Shown piece after piece: positions 18,639 to 27,500 of a stretch of 32,000 bases of DNA (the first letter of the stretch is position 1; each line of letters begins with the position of its first letter). The notes below the pieces were generated by a model. It saw only the letters and a program-made list of their open reading frames with translations. It made no database searches and was not told the DNA's origin. Both the position numbers and the translations under genes were made by a program. The stretch comes from Pasteurella multocida (GTDB lineage Bacteria > Pseudomonadota > Gammaproteobacteria > Enterobacterales > Pasteurellaceae): NCBI RefSeq assembly GCF_900187275.1, contig NZ_LT906458.1:690001-722000 (forward strand). The letters run 5' to 3'.

Positions 18639-20078
18639 TTATTCTACAACTAGTGTACGGCAAGTATTTGTACCACTTGCTAACAATTCATCACCTTGAG
18701 TTAAAAGAACTAAATCACCCGATACTAAGAAACCTTTCTCTTTTAACAAACGAATCGCTGCAGCTGCACCTTTTGAATTACGGCTGACTTCATCAAAATG
18801 AACAGGTGTAACACCACGGTATAATGCACAAAGATTTAATGCATCTTGGTTACGAGATAAGGCAAAAATCGGTAAACCAGAACTAATACGTGACATTAAT
18901 AACGCGGTACGTCCAGTATGTGTCATTGCAATAATTGCAGCAACACCTTTCATGTGGTTTGCAGCATACATTGCAGACATTGCAACGGATTCTTCGATAG
19001 AATCAAAAGTGATATCCATACGGTGACGAGAAACATTGATGCTTGGCATTTTTTCAGCACCTAAACACACTTTTGCCATGGTAGCCACTGTTTCTGCTGG
19101 ATATTGCCCTGCCGCTGTTTCTGCAGAAAGCATCACGGCGTCTGTACCATCTAATACGGCATTCGCTACGTCCATCACTTCCGCACGAGTCGGCATTGGA
19201 TTGCTAATCATAGATTCCATCATTTGTGTTGCTGTAATAACAACACGGTTTAATTGACGTGCGCGACGGATTAATTTTTTCTGTACACCCACTAATTCAG
19301 GGTCACCAATTTCAACCCCTAAGTCACCACGTGCTACCATGATGACATCTGATGCTAAAATAATGTCATCCATTGCTTCAGTGGTTGCAACAGTTTCTGC
19401 ACGTTCTACTTTTGCCACGATTTTTGCTTTTAAGCCTGCGGCTTCAGCTAACTCACGCGCATAGTTTAAATCTGCACTTGAACGAGGGAAAGAAACCGCT
19501 AAATAATCTACACCGATTTTTGCTGCCAATAAAATATCATTTTTATCTTTTTCAGTTAATGCATCAGCAGATAAACCTCCGCCTAACTTGTTAATACCTT
19601 TATTGTTCGATAATGGACCACCAACAGTGACTTCAGTAAAAACTTTATTACCTTCTGTAGATAAGACTTTTAATTGAACACGACCATCATCTAACAATAA
19701 AATATCGCCTGGCACAACGTCTTGTGGTAATGTTTTGTAGTCTAAACCAACACCTTCTTGCGTACCTTCACCTTTTGGTAAATCGGCATCAAGCACAAAT
19801 TTATCACCAATATTTAAGAAAATTTTACCATCTTTGAAAGTTGAGACACGGATTTTAGGGCCTTGTAAATCACCTAAAATAGCAACGGTTTTTCCAAGTT
19901 TTTTTGCCACTTCACGTACTTTCTCCGCGCGACCGATATGATCTTCTGGTGTGCCATGAGAAAAGTTCATACGAACAACATTCGCGCCAGCCATGATAAT
20001 TTTTTCAAGATTATTCCCACGCTCTGTTGACGGTCCCATTGTACATACAATCTTCGTTCTTCTTAGTCTTCTAGACAT
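18639..20078 (-). CDS. pykA: Pyruvate kinase II
   Basis: 479 aa. [18 protein letters not shown]... is collinear along its whole length with E. coli PykA. Confidence 0.97.
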   Translation of the reverse strand: MSRRLRRTKIVCTMGPSTERGNNLEKIIMAGANVVRMNFSHGTPEDHIGRAEKVREVAKKLGKTVAILGDLQGPKIRVSTFKDGKIFLNIGDKFVLDADLPKGEGTQEGVGLDYKTLPQDVVPGDILLLDDGRVQLKVLSTEGNKVFTEVTVGGPLSNNKGINKLGGGLSADALTEKDKNDILLAAKIGVDYLAVSFPRSSADLNYARELAEAAGLKAKIVAKVERAETVATTEAMDDIILASDVIMVARGDLGVEIGDPELVGVQKKLIRRARQLNRVVITATQMMESMISNPMPTRAEVMDVANAVLDGTDAVMLSAETAAGQYPAETVATMAKVCLGAEKMPSINVSRHRMDITFDSIEESVAMSAMYAANHMKGVAAIIAMTHTGRTALLMSRISSGLPIFALSRNQDALNLCALYRGVTPVHFDEVSRNSKGAAAAIRLLKEKGFLVSGDLVLLTQGDELLASGTNTCRTLVVE

Positions 20079-20184
20079 TACCTACTCCGTAAATGATATA
20101 AGTTATAAAATAGTGATCTTAGCTTTCTTACATAATTCAAGCTTGAAAGAAAAAACTGTGCCTTATTATACGCCTAAAATAAAA

Positions 20185-20200
20185 TTAGATCGAGATCACA
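20185..20200 (-). promoter_or_regulatory. CRP-like site upstream of pykA
   Basis: The minus strand reads TGTGATCTCGATCTAA, 13/16 matches to TGTGATCTAGATCACA by my count. Its centre is about 114 nt upstream of the pykA ATG. It contains two GATC sites. Confidence 0.3.
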
Positions 20201-20277
20201 ATTTCGAAAATTCCCTATTTTAGTTAAGGAAAAATGGTTACTTTTTTGGCAGTTAAAAAAGGAAAGAGAAAAAGTGC

Positions 20278-20306
20278 TTGTGTTATGTTTTGAAAGCTTA
20301 TATGAT
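20278..20306 (+). promoter_or_regulatory. Putative tRNA-Val promoter with GC-rich discriminator
   Basis: -35 TTGTGT, 17-bp spacer, -10 TATGAT, followed by AGCCCCGC (stringent-type discriminator). The tRNA starts 19 nt after the -10. Confidence 0.4.
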
Positions 20307-20324
20307 AGCCCCGCATTTAAGGAT

Positions 20325-20401
20325 GCGACTATAGCTCAGTTGGTTAGAGCACCACCTTGACATGGTGGGGGTCACTGGTTCGAGTCCAGCTAGTCGCACC
20401 A
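20325..20401 (+). tRNA. tRNA-Val (anticodon GAC)
   Basis: Cloverleaf folded by hand: acceptor GCGACTA/TAGTCGC, D arm GCTC..GAGC, anticodon arm CCACC-TTGACAT-GGTGG, T loop TTCGAGT, encoded CCA. Very close to E. coli valV/valW. One A-C mismatch at the first T-stem pair. Confidence 0.95.
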
Positions 20402-20410
20402 TTTCCCTTT

Positions 20411-20508
20411 CCAAACCTATCCAAAACAGTCCAAAATCCCCAATAAAATCAATAAGAAAGCCATAAATCACAGACAAGTCTTTCCAAAACATTCCAATAC
20501 TATCCAAC
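20411..20508 (+). repeat. 10-bp-phased CCAA(A/T/C) motif array immediately 3' of tRNA-Val
   Basis: CCAAA at 20411, 20421 and 20431. Degenerate CAATAAA/AATAAG/CCATAAA units at 20441, 20451 and 20461. CCAA again at 20484, 20494 and 20504. Spacing within each block is exactly 10 bp. Confidence 0.6.
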
Positions 20509-20511
20509 AAT

Positions 20512-20619
20512 TTTAGTATTATATTTGGTATTACATTTTTAAAAATTTGGTATTACTCTGCCCTAAAAATTGGATTTTTGAAATGTAATACTAAAAATTT
20601 TAGAAAACGTAATACTAAA
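20512..20619. repeat. Five copies of the 11-bp motif TTTRGTATTAC: three direct, then two inverted
   Basis: TTTAGTATTAt at 20512, TTTGGTATTAC at 20524 and 20546, inverted GTAATACTAAA at 20585 and 20609. A central near-palindrome AAAAATTGGATTTTT lies at 20565-20579. Confidence 0.6.
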
Positions 20620-20787
20620 AGAGTATAAGACTTACTCGTAGGAAAACATTGATCAGCAAACGGATAAACAAGTAGTAGAATTAAAGCGATGAGCTGGGAC
20701 TACGAATCTGTTTTAGCCATTGCGGCATACTACAAAGAGAAAGGTATCAAAGTATTTAAACATTTTGTCATGGACATAATAAAGAAA

Positions 20788-20815
20788 AAGCCTCTTACTA
20801 AAAAGTAAGAGGCTT
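20788..20815. terminator. Intrinsic terminator of the csp gene (also the first hairpin terminator downstream of tRNA-Val)
   Basis: AAGCCTCTTAC-(6 nt)-GTAAGAGGCTT. On the minus strand it is followed by CTTTTTCTTT. The T-run on the plus strand is weaker. Confidence 0.75.
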
Positions 20816-20836
20816 ATTTATACGCTGATATAAAAC

Positions 20837-21046
20837 TTAGATTGCTTTTACATCAATCGCTGAAGGTCCACGTTGTGAATCTTGAACGCTGTATTCTACG
20901 CGGTCACCTTCATTTAATGTTCTGTAGTTAGAACCGATGATACCTGAAAAATGAACGAAAAGATCTTTACCGCCGTCTGCTGGCGTGATGAAACCAAAAC
21001 CTTTGTCAGAGTTGAACCATTTTACTGTACCGTTTAATTTAGACAT
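20837..21046 (-). CDS. Cold-shock protein, CspA family
   Basis: 69 aa with RNP1 KGFGFI and RNP2 VFVHF-type motif (LFVHF). Collinear with E. coli CspA. SD GAAGGAAG. Confidence 0.95.
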   Translation of the reverse strand: MSKLNGTVKWFNSDKGFGFITPADGGKDLFVHFSGIIGSNYRTLNEGDRVEYSVQDSQRGPSAIDVKAI

Positions 21047-21260
21047 GTTGTCTTCCTTCTATTGATAAAATTTAAAATTATGCTTGAAACAAGCGTAGTG
21101 CTAATAACTGTTACTTAAATAAAGATGAGTAAGAGTGCTTTTCAAGTAACAAATATAACGCTTGTAAATGAGGAAGAACTGTACTAACTAACTTATATAA
21201 AGACGGGTCTAGCAGGTACGCATTAGAACACTTAAACAGAGAGAAAGCAAACGATATTTA
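21047..21260 (-). promoter_or_regulatory. Probable long structured 5' leader and promoter region of the csp gene
   Basis: 347-bp gap to tehB. Inverted repeats GTTACTT/AAGTAAC and GCTTG-AAA-CAAGC lie within it. Weak candidate promoter on the minus strand: TTTACC, 18 bp, TAAATA (-10 at 21260-21255). This would give a leader of about 200 nt. Confidence 0.3.
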
Positions 21261-21393
21261 CGATTATTTTTATTTAAAGGTAAAAAGTGTTTATTGTGTG
21301 TAGAATATAACCAAAATTGGGGTTTGCAATGGATTTACTTTTCTCTTATCCTACTATTTGAGTCAACTATTAAAATAAAATTAAGGGTAAATT

Positions 21394-22254
21394 ATGCAAA
21401 ATGAACTCATTTGTTATAAAAGAATGCCAATTTGGACAGCCTCCAGTTTGCCGCAAATGTTTCAAGAAAAACATAATACGAAAATTGGGACATGGGGAAA
21501 ATTAAGCGTACTAAAAGGGAAACTCAAATTCTACGAATTGACGGAAACGGGAGAAACAATCCAAGAACATATTTTTACACCAGAAACGGCTATTCCTCTT
21601 GTTGAACCGCAGGCTTGGCATAAAGTAGAAGCCATGTCAGAAGATCTAGAATGTGTTCTTGAATTTCATTGTAAGAAAAAAGACTACTTTCATAAAAAAT
21701 ACAATATGACCCCAACGCATTCGGAAGTGAAAAGTGCGGTGGAAATATTGTCACCTTGTAAAGTATTAGACTTGGGCTGCGGTCAAGGACGTAATTCACT
21801 CTTCTTAAGCCTGTTAGGTTACAATGTCACAGCTTGGGATCACAACGAGAACAGTATCAAATTTTTACAAGACACTGCCGAAAAAGAAAATCTTACTATT
21901 CAGACCGCACTTTATGACATCAATAGTGCAAAGATCAGCGAAAATTATGATTTTATTTTGTCCACTGTCGTCTTTATGTTTCTCAAGCCACAACACATCT
22001 CACAGATTATTGAAAACATGCAAACGCATACCAATGTGGGAGGCTATAATTTAATTGTTGCGGCGATGTCAACGGAAGAGGTCCCTTGTCCTGTCCCCTT
22101 TTCTTTTACTTTTAAAGAAAATGAATTAAAAACCTATTATCAAGATTGGGAATTGGTTAAATACAACGAAGAAATGGGCGAATTACATAAAACCGATGAA
22201 AATGGTAATCGAATTAAAATGAAATTTGTCACGATGCTCGCTAAGAAAAAATAA
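21394..22254 (+). CDS. tehB: Tellurite-resistance SAM-dependent methyltransferase TehB (long form with N-terminal extra domain)
   Basis: 286 aa. The C-terminal half has the SAM motif VLDLGCGQGRNS. The N-terminal region of about 90 aa matches the fused extra domain known from H. influenzae TehB. No tehA adjacent. Confidence 0.92.
   Translation: MQNELICYKRMPIWTASSLPQMFQEKHNTKIGTWGKLSVLKGKLKFYELTETGETIQEHIFTPETAIPLVEPQAWHKVEAMSEDLECVLEFHCKKKDYFHKKYNMTPTHSEVKSAVEILSPCKVLDLGCGQGRNSLFLSLLGYNVTAWDHNENSIKFLQDTAEKENLTIQTALYDINSAKISENYDFILSTVVFMFLKPQHISQIIENMQTHTNVGGYNLIVAAMSTEEVPCPVPFSFTFKENELKTYYQDWELVKYNEEMGELHKTDENGNRIKMKFVTMLAKKK
21732..21740 (+). repeat. DNA uptake signal sequence core (Hin-type USS)
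   Basis: Perfect AAGTGCGGT inside tehB. Confidence 0.8.
21904..21912 (-). repeat. DNA uptake signal sequence core (Hin-type USS)
   Basis: Perfect ACCGCACTT inside tehB. Confidence 0.8.
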
Positions 22255-22258
22255 TACA

Positions 22259-22284
22259 ACAACGCCCTGTTATCAGGGCGTTTT
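22259..22284. terminator. Bidirectional terminator between tehB and the 360-aa orphan gene
   Basis: AACGCCCTG-TTAT-CAGGGCGTT followed by TT, between convergent genes. Confidence 0.75.
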
Positions 22285-22291
22285 AGTTGTT

Positions 22292-23374
22292 TTAATCACC
22301 TAATTTACTCATTGGAAAATCTAAAATTTCTGCTAAGTTCAGTATGCTTTCTACATCTGTCTTTAGACAAGGTAAAAAGCAATAACTCTCCAAACGCGTT
22401 TCAATATCTAATAAACTATAATTTGATTCGGCTTCAACCTTTCTGGCAATATCATTAGGCTGTAAGCCATCTTCTTCATCGAGTTCAAAAGGTTGCTCTA
22501 GATATTTAGCAAGATAATCAAACAACGCATCATAGTCCATTTGCCAATGATCTTCATAAGTAGAAGTTAAAAACTCACACAACAGAAAACGGTAATTTAA
22601 GAAAGCGGGTTTCACTGTGCCATAAAAACCTTCATCTTTGACTTGTTGGATTAATTGTTTTTGTTGCTGTTGTATTTCTAACCAACGTGCTTTAAAGCCT
22701 TTTATATTCTGAATTTGTGTTAATTGGCAGAACTGCGTTAAATACGGTGAATAGGTTTCTAATGTTTTTTGTTGATAAGTTGTATCCGATAAAGCGAAGC
22801 CAGTCACGTCAATAGACAGCGTTTGGCATATCTGCCCAATAGCACGTTCTAATAGTGACCAATACGTTTTATCTAATTGTTCTTCACTCTCGATGTCTAA
22901 GAGACATGCACACTTCATTTCTTTAAAAATGCTACCAAATGTATTTGGTACCACTAAAATTTTAAAACGTTGCTCCCCTTCTCTATCTGTATAAGGCAGA
23001 CAAAAGAAAGTGACCTGCTCATATTTCGCTTTTTTCGCTTTCAAATGTGCCTGAACTGGTGTAATACCAAAACTTATCATGATAAAGCAATAACTATTAC
23101 CATCGACTAATTCCTCTTGCGGAATAGGCTCAATATTCGCTTTCCATAATAATTCTGCCAATGCATCATAATGATCTGCATAACCGGCATCTGCTAAAGT
23201 CGCCACAATCAGCTCTTTTTCGTCATCATCAACATCGACAAAATGTCCGGGATAATAATAGTAATCAACTAAAATATCTGTTTTAAATAGATTATTGGGT
23301 ACCTCGACACTATCACTTTCATTGTCTAAATATGCTTCAATTTTGACTAAAGCATTTAAGATATAGTCATACAT
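22292..23374 (-). CDS. Hypothetical acidic cytoplasmic protein, 360 aa, function unknown
   Basis: Long uninterrupted ORF with SD GAGAG 6 nt before the ATG, bracketed by hairpin terminators on both sides. No signal peptide, TM segment or catalytic motif that I recognise. D/E-rich runs (VDVDDDEKE, ELDEEDG) and a Gln-rich stretch (EIQQQQKQLIQQ). Confidence 0.8.
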   Translation of the reverse strand: MYDYILNALVKIEAYLDNESDSVEVPNNLFKTDILVDYYYYPGHFVDVDDDEKELIVATLADAGYADHYDALAELLWKANIEPIPQEELVDGNSYCFIMISFGITPVQAHLKAKKAKYEQVTFFCLPYTDREGEQRFKILVVPNTFGSIFKEMKCACLLDIESEEQLDKTYWSLLERAIGQICQTLSIDVTGFALSDTTYQQKTLETYSPYLTQFCQLTQIQNIKGFKARWLEIQQQQKQLIQQVKDEGFYGTVKPAFLNYRFLLCEFLTSTYEDHWQMDYDALFDYLAKYLEQPFELDEEDGLQPNDIARKVEAESNYSLLDIETRLESYCFLPCLKTDVESILNLAEILDFPMSKLGD

Positions 23375-23450
23375 AATTTACTCTCATCTAAAAATCACAT
23401 TTATCAATGTAGCACAATTTATCAGCATATTAGTCATGGATAAATTAATA

Positions 23451-23500
23451 AAAAACTGACCGCACTTTGTCTTGAAAGAAACAAAGTGCGGTCAGTTTTA
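23451..23500. terminator. Inverted USS pair forming the dapD terminator
   Basis: 15-bp perfect stem CTGACCGCACTTTGT / ACAAAGTGCGGTCAG with a 10-nt loop, flanked by AAAAA and TTTTA. It contains ACCGCACTT (23459-23467) and AAGTGCGGT (23484-23492). Confidence 0.85.
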
Positions 23501-23533
23501 ATCAAATTTTAAAAAGAAAGTGAGCTAACAACA

Positions 23534-24358
23534 CTATTCATCAATTGTTCGTAATAATTCGTTAATACCGACTTTACCTAAGGTTTTAGCATCGACTTTT
23601 TTCACGATTACAGCGCAATATAAACTATATTTGCCACATTTAGATGGAAGGCTGCCCGAAACCACCACAGACCCCGCAGGAACTCGACCATAAGTTACTT
23701 CGCCCGTTTCACGATCGTAAATTTTGGTTGATTGTCCAATGAAAACGCCCATAGAGATGACAGACCCTTCTTCCACAATCACCCCTTCGACAATTTCAGA
23801 GCGTGCACCAATAAAACAGTTATCTTCAATAATCGTTGGATTGGCTTGCAATGGTTCTAATACCCCACCAATGCCAACACCGCCTGATAAATGCACATTT
23901 TTACCAATTTGCGCACAAGAACCAACCGTTGCCCAAGTATCCACCATAGTACCTTCATCAACACGGGCACCAATATTGACATAAGATGGCATTAAAACTG
24001 TATTTTTAGCGATATAGGCGCCTTTACGCACAGCTGCAGGAGGCACAACACGGAAACCCTCTTGTTGAAAACGTGCCGCATCATATTCAGCAAATTTCAT
24101 TGGCACTTTATCATAGTAATTTGTCTCACTGCCGGCGACTAACTCATTATCATTAATACGGAAAGACAATAACACTGCTTTTTTTAACCATTGATGTGTG
24201 ACCCATTCTCCATCAATTTTTTCTGCTACGCGATATTTTCCCGAATCTAAGCCTTCAATCGCTTCTTCAATCGCGGCTCGCGTTTGTGCATCGACTGTTT
24301 TTGGGGTAATTTCTGCGCGCTTTTCAAAAGCGGCTTCAATGATATGTTGTAATGACAT
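23534..24358 (-). CDS. dapD: 2,3,4,5-tetrahydropyridine-2,6-dicarboxylate N-succinyltransferase
   Basis: Collinear with E. coli DapD across its whole length (hexapeptide repeats, ...[12 protein letters not shown]). ATG at 24358 ([19 protein letters not shown]) with SD GAGGA, preferred over the ORF-track start at 24424. Confidence 0.96.
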   Translation of the reverse strand: MSLQHIIEAAFEKRAEITPKTVDAQTRAAIEEAIEGLDSGKYRVAEKIDGEWVTHQWLKKAVLLSFRINDNELVAGSETNYYDKVPMKFAEYDAARFQQEGFRVVPPAAVRKGAYIAKNTVLMPSYVNIGARVDEGTMVDTWATVGSCAQIGKNVHLSGGVGIGGVLEPLQANPTIIEDNCFIGARSEIVEGVIVEEGSVISMGVFIGQSTKIYDRETGEVTYGRVPAGSVVVSGSLPSKCGKYSLYCAVIVKKVDAKTLGKVGINELLRTIDE

Positions 24359-24419
24359 GCAATTTTCCTCAATGGATGAACGTTTAAAGCCCTTAGTTTT
24401 ATCATATTTCAGATAAAAA

Positions 24420-24444
24420 CTCACCTTTTAATTTAAAAGGTGAG
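24420..24444. promoter_or_regulatory. Perfect 25-bp palindrome in the dapD / alpha-2-macroglobulin divergent region
   Basis: CTCACCTTTTA-ATT-TAAAAGGTGAG, 11-bp arms with no mismatch. It is preceded by AAAAA, so on the dapD strand it reads as hairpin plus TTTTT. It lies 62 nt upstream of the dapD ATG and 97 nt upstream of the macroglobulin ATG. Confidence 0.4.
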
Positions 24445-24540
24445 CCTGACTTGAGATTAGAAATCAACCGACAAATATTGCTCATATCCGCCTATTTCAG
24501 CTAAAATCACATAGCCTATCGCTTAGTAAGGAACTCTTTT

Positions 24541-27500
24541 ATGAATAAACAATATTTTCTCTCCCTCTTTAGTACATTAGCCGTTGCTCTAACGCTTTCT
24601 GGCTGCTGGGATAAAAAGCAAGATGAGGCTAATGCCATTCAATTCAATGTCAATCCAATAGAAATCACCAATTATGATGAAACACTGAAAGAAGTCTATC
24701 CGCTTGTTATCTCTTTCTCTGGTCCTGCCGCACCGATTACCTCGGTCAATAAAGAGCTTACACAAGGCATTTCTATTGAACCCGCATTAAAAGGAAAATG
24801 GGTTTGGAACAGTGACACCCTACTTTCATTTAAACCGGAAACTGATTGGCCAACAGGGCAAGATTATCGTGTTAAAATTGATAAAAAAATACTCAATCCT
24901 CAATTACACTATACGCAAAAATTAAACGAACCCGTCGTCTTTAAAACGCCAGAATTTAAAGCGACTTTAGTTGAACAATATTTTCATCAAGATCCTACGC
25001 AAGCACAGGTCCGCCACGCTATTTTCAAACTGTCGTTTACCCATCCTGTGGATCGTCAAAAATTTGAAAAAGCATTACAAGTCAATTTAGTGCGTAAAAA
25101 CAACGACAATACACAAAATATCCTTTCCCCGTTAAAATTTAATGTTCGTTATGGTGAAAAAGATTTAGTTGCCTGGGTCAACTCAGACAACGTAGCACTC
25201 GCACAAAGCGACAACCAGTATATTGAAGTCAAAATAGATAAAAATCTCACCGCACTTTTAGGCAATAACTCGCTCGAAACAGACATCATTTCGTCTGTCA
25301 AAGTGCCGACGAAATACAGCTTGGATTTCTCAACTGGGATTTTGATTGCACAAAATGAGAAAAACGAAGCCGAACAAGTTTTACACTTAAATTTTACCCA
25401 TAGCATTAAAGGTAATGAATTAGAAAAACATATTTCCGCTTATTTATTACCAGAGTTTACGCCTGAAAATCATCCTCATTGGCGTTATAACCTTATCAGT
25501 CGCGATGTTCTACAACATGCCGTTGCAGTTCCCCTCCAACGCCTAGCAACAGAAACGACTTATGCTAATCAACAAAGCTTTAAACTGGATATTCCTGAAA
25601 AACGCTGCTTATATATTGAAGTCCAAAATAAAATCACTGCCTTGGGTGGCTATGAAATGAAAGGGGCATTAGGCGATCTTGCCTGTGCACCAGATTATCC
25701 AAAATATGTTGGATTTGTTGGAAAAGGTTCAATTCTTTCTTCTATTGGTGAAAGAAAAGTGACTATTGCGACACGCAACTTTACAAAAGTTAAACTTGAA
25801 ATTGGACGTATTCAAGAAGAACAATTACGTCACTTAATCGCGTTAAATCAAGGTAACTTCCAAAATCCCGATCTCGGTCAGCTAAAAATCGACAATATTG
25901 CTGACTTCTTTACTAAAAACTACACACTGAATAATAAAAAACCACAAGAAACGACTTATCTTGGTATTGATCTAGAGAAAATCGTAAAACAAGCTGAACC
26001 TGCCATGGGAATCTACTGGTTAAAAGTCACAGGTGATAGCGACAACCCGAACTCAACTTTACGTGATACATCACAACATATGGATTGGCGTAATGATGCG
26101 AGCAATCAGTTCAGTGATTACCGTTTAATTGTGATCAGTGATTTAGGCGTCATTGCCAAAAAAGCCGTTGATGGAACACAAAGTGTATTTGTCCAATCGA
26201 TCAGTCGTGGAGAACCGGTTGAAGGGGCCACTGTTTCGGTAATTAGCCGTAATGGTTCTATTATTAAGAGCGATTATACTAATGAACAAGGCGTAGTAAA
26301 CTTTTCCTCATTAGCGCATTTTAAACAAGAATTAGCGCCCGTGATGTATTTGGTTTCAACCCAAGAAAGTCTCTCTTTCTTACCTATTGATAAATATGAT
26401 CGTAATTTAGATTATTCGCGCTTCGATGTAGGGGGGATTTATGCTAGTGAAAATGCTGCGAGCTTAAAAGCTTATTTATTTAATGACCGCGGTATCTATC
26501 GTCCAAATGAAACCTTACATACGGGGATCATTACTAAAGCACAAGATTGGCAGCTTGCGTTAAATAACATTCCACTTCAATTTAATCTCTATTCGCCGAG
26601 TGGCATGTTGATGCACAAGCAAACCATTCGTTTAGAAAAGAGCGGTCTGAATTCCGTCAGTTTTACTTTGCCTGAAACGGCAGAAACGGGTGAATGGTTT
26701 GCAGAATTACTGGTCACGGAAAAAAATAACCAAACCGAAATCGGTTCAATGACATTCCAAGTACAAGAATTTCAACCCGATAACTTAAAAATCAAAACAA
26801 CCTTTAATCAAGCTCATGCCGAGGGATGGGTGGCACCACAAGATTTAGTCGCTACAGTACAACTTGCTAATCTGTTCGGCACACCGGCACAAAACCGTAA
26901 AGTGCAGGCAAATTTAACGCTACAACCCCTGCTCCCTAAATTTAGTCAATATGCAGATTATCGTTTCTTTGATAATCAACGCAATAAATCCGCGATTCTG
27001 TATGAAACTGAATTGAATGAGCAAGTAACAGATAAAGAAGGTAAAGCCCACTTCCCTATTGATTTAACGCAATATGCGGAAAATACCGCACAGATGCTGT
27101 ATTTTACGGCTGATGGTTTTGAAAATGACAGTGGACGTGCTGTATCGACGGTGAAATCAGTCATGGTGTCAGCACAACCTTGGTTAATCGGTTATCAAAC
27201 GAAAAACGATTTAGCCTATTTGAAGCGTAATACACCGGCTGTGGTCAATTTCATTGCAGTTAATCCAAAATTAGAAAAAGTGGCGGTTGAGCATCTCAAA
27301 GCCACCTTATTAGAACGTAAGTATGTTTCAGTCCTGACACAACAAGCATCAGGCGCTTACAAATATGAGTCTAAGTTAATTGAAAATGAAATTGAGCAAA
27401 CAACCCTACAGATTAACGCAATGGGTACTGATTTTACTTTAAATACTGGTAAGAGTGGTGATTATGTTCTGGTTTTAAGTAACGAACATGATCAAGAGGT

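Noticed and set aside
20136-20147. Perfect 12-bp palindrome TTCAAGCTTGAA (contains a HindIII site) upstream of pykA as an operator
   Set aside because: It is short and AT-rich with no second copy, and such palindromes are expected by chance in AT-rich intergenic DNA. No known regulator consensus matches.
20298-20510. 70-aa minus-strand ORF
   Set aside because: It runs straight through tRNA-Val on the opposite strand, and its N-terminal half is just the translation of the phased CCAAA repeats (FW..IG periodicity). Spurious.
20512-20619. CRISPR-like or MITE-like array
   Set aside because: The repeat unit is only 11 bp, spacing is irregular (12, 22, 39, 24 bp), copies are in mixed orientation, and there are no cas genes. 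It does not fit CRISPR. I could not define target-site duplications or full terminal inverted repeats, so a MITE call is not supported.
20689-20808. 39-codon plus-strand ORF as a genuine small-protein gene
   Set aside because: No SD, and the stop codon is buried in the csp terminator stem. More likely a gene remnant; kept only as part of the tRNA-trailer finding.
20402-23500. tRNA-Val-flanked genomic island (csp, tehB, orphan gene)
   Set aside because: No integrase, transposase or phage gene. I could find no downstream direct repeat of the tRNA 3' end. tehB carries two USS cores. The csp and tehB genes are ordinary Pasteurellaceae chromosomal genes. Only the 430-bp trailer looks like a possible scar.
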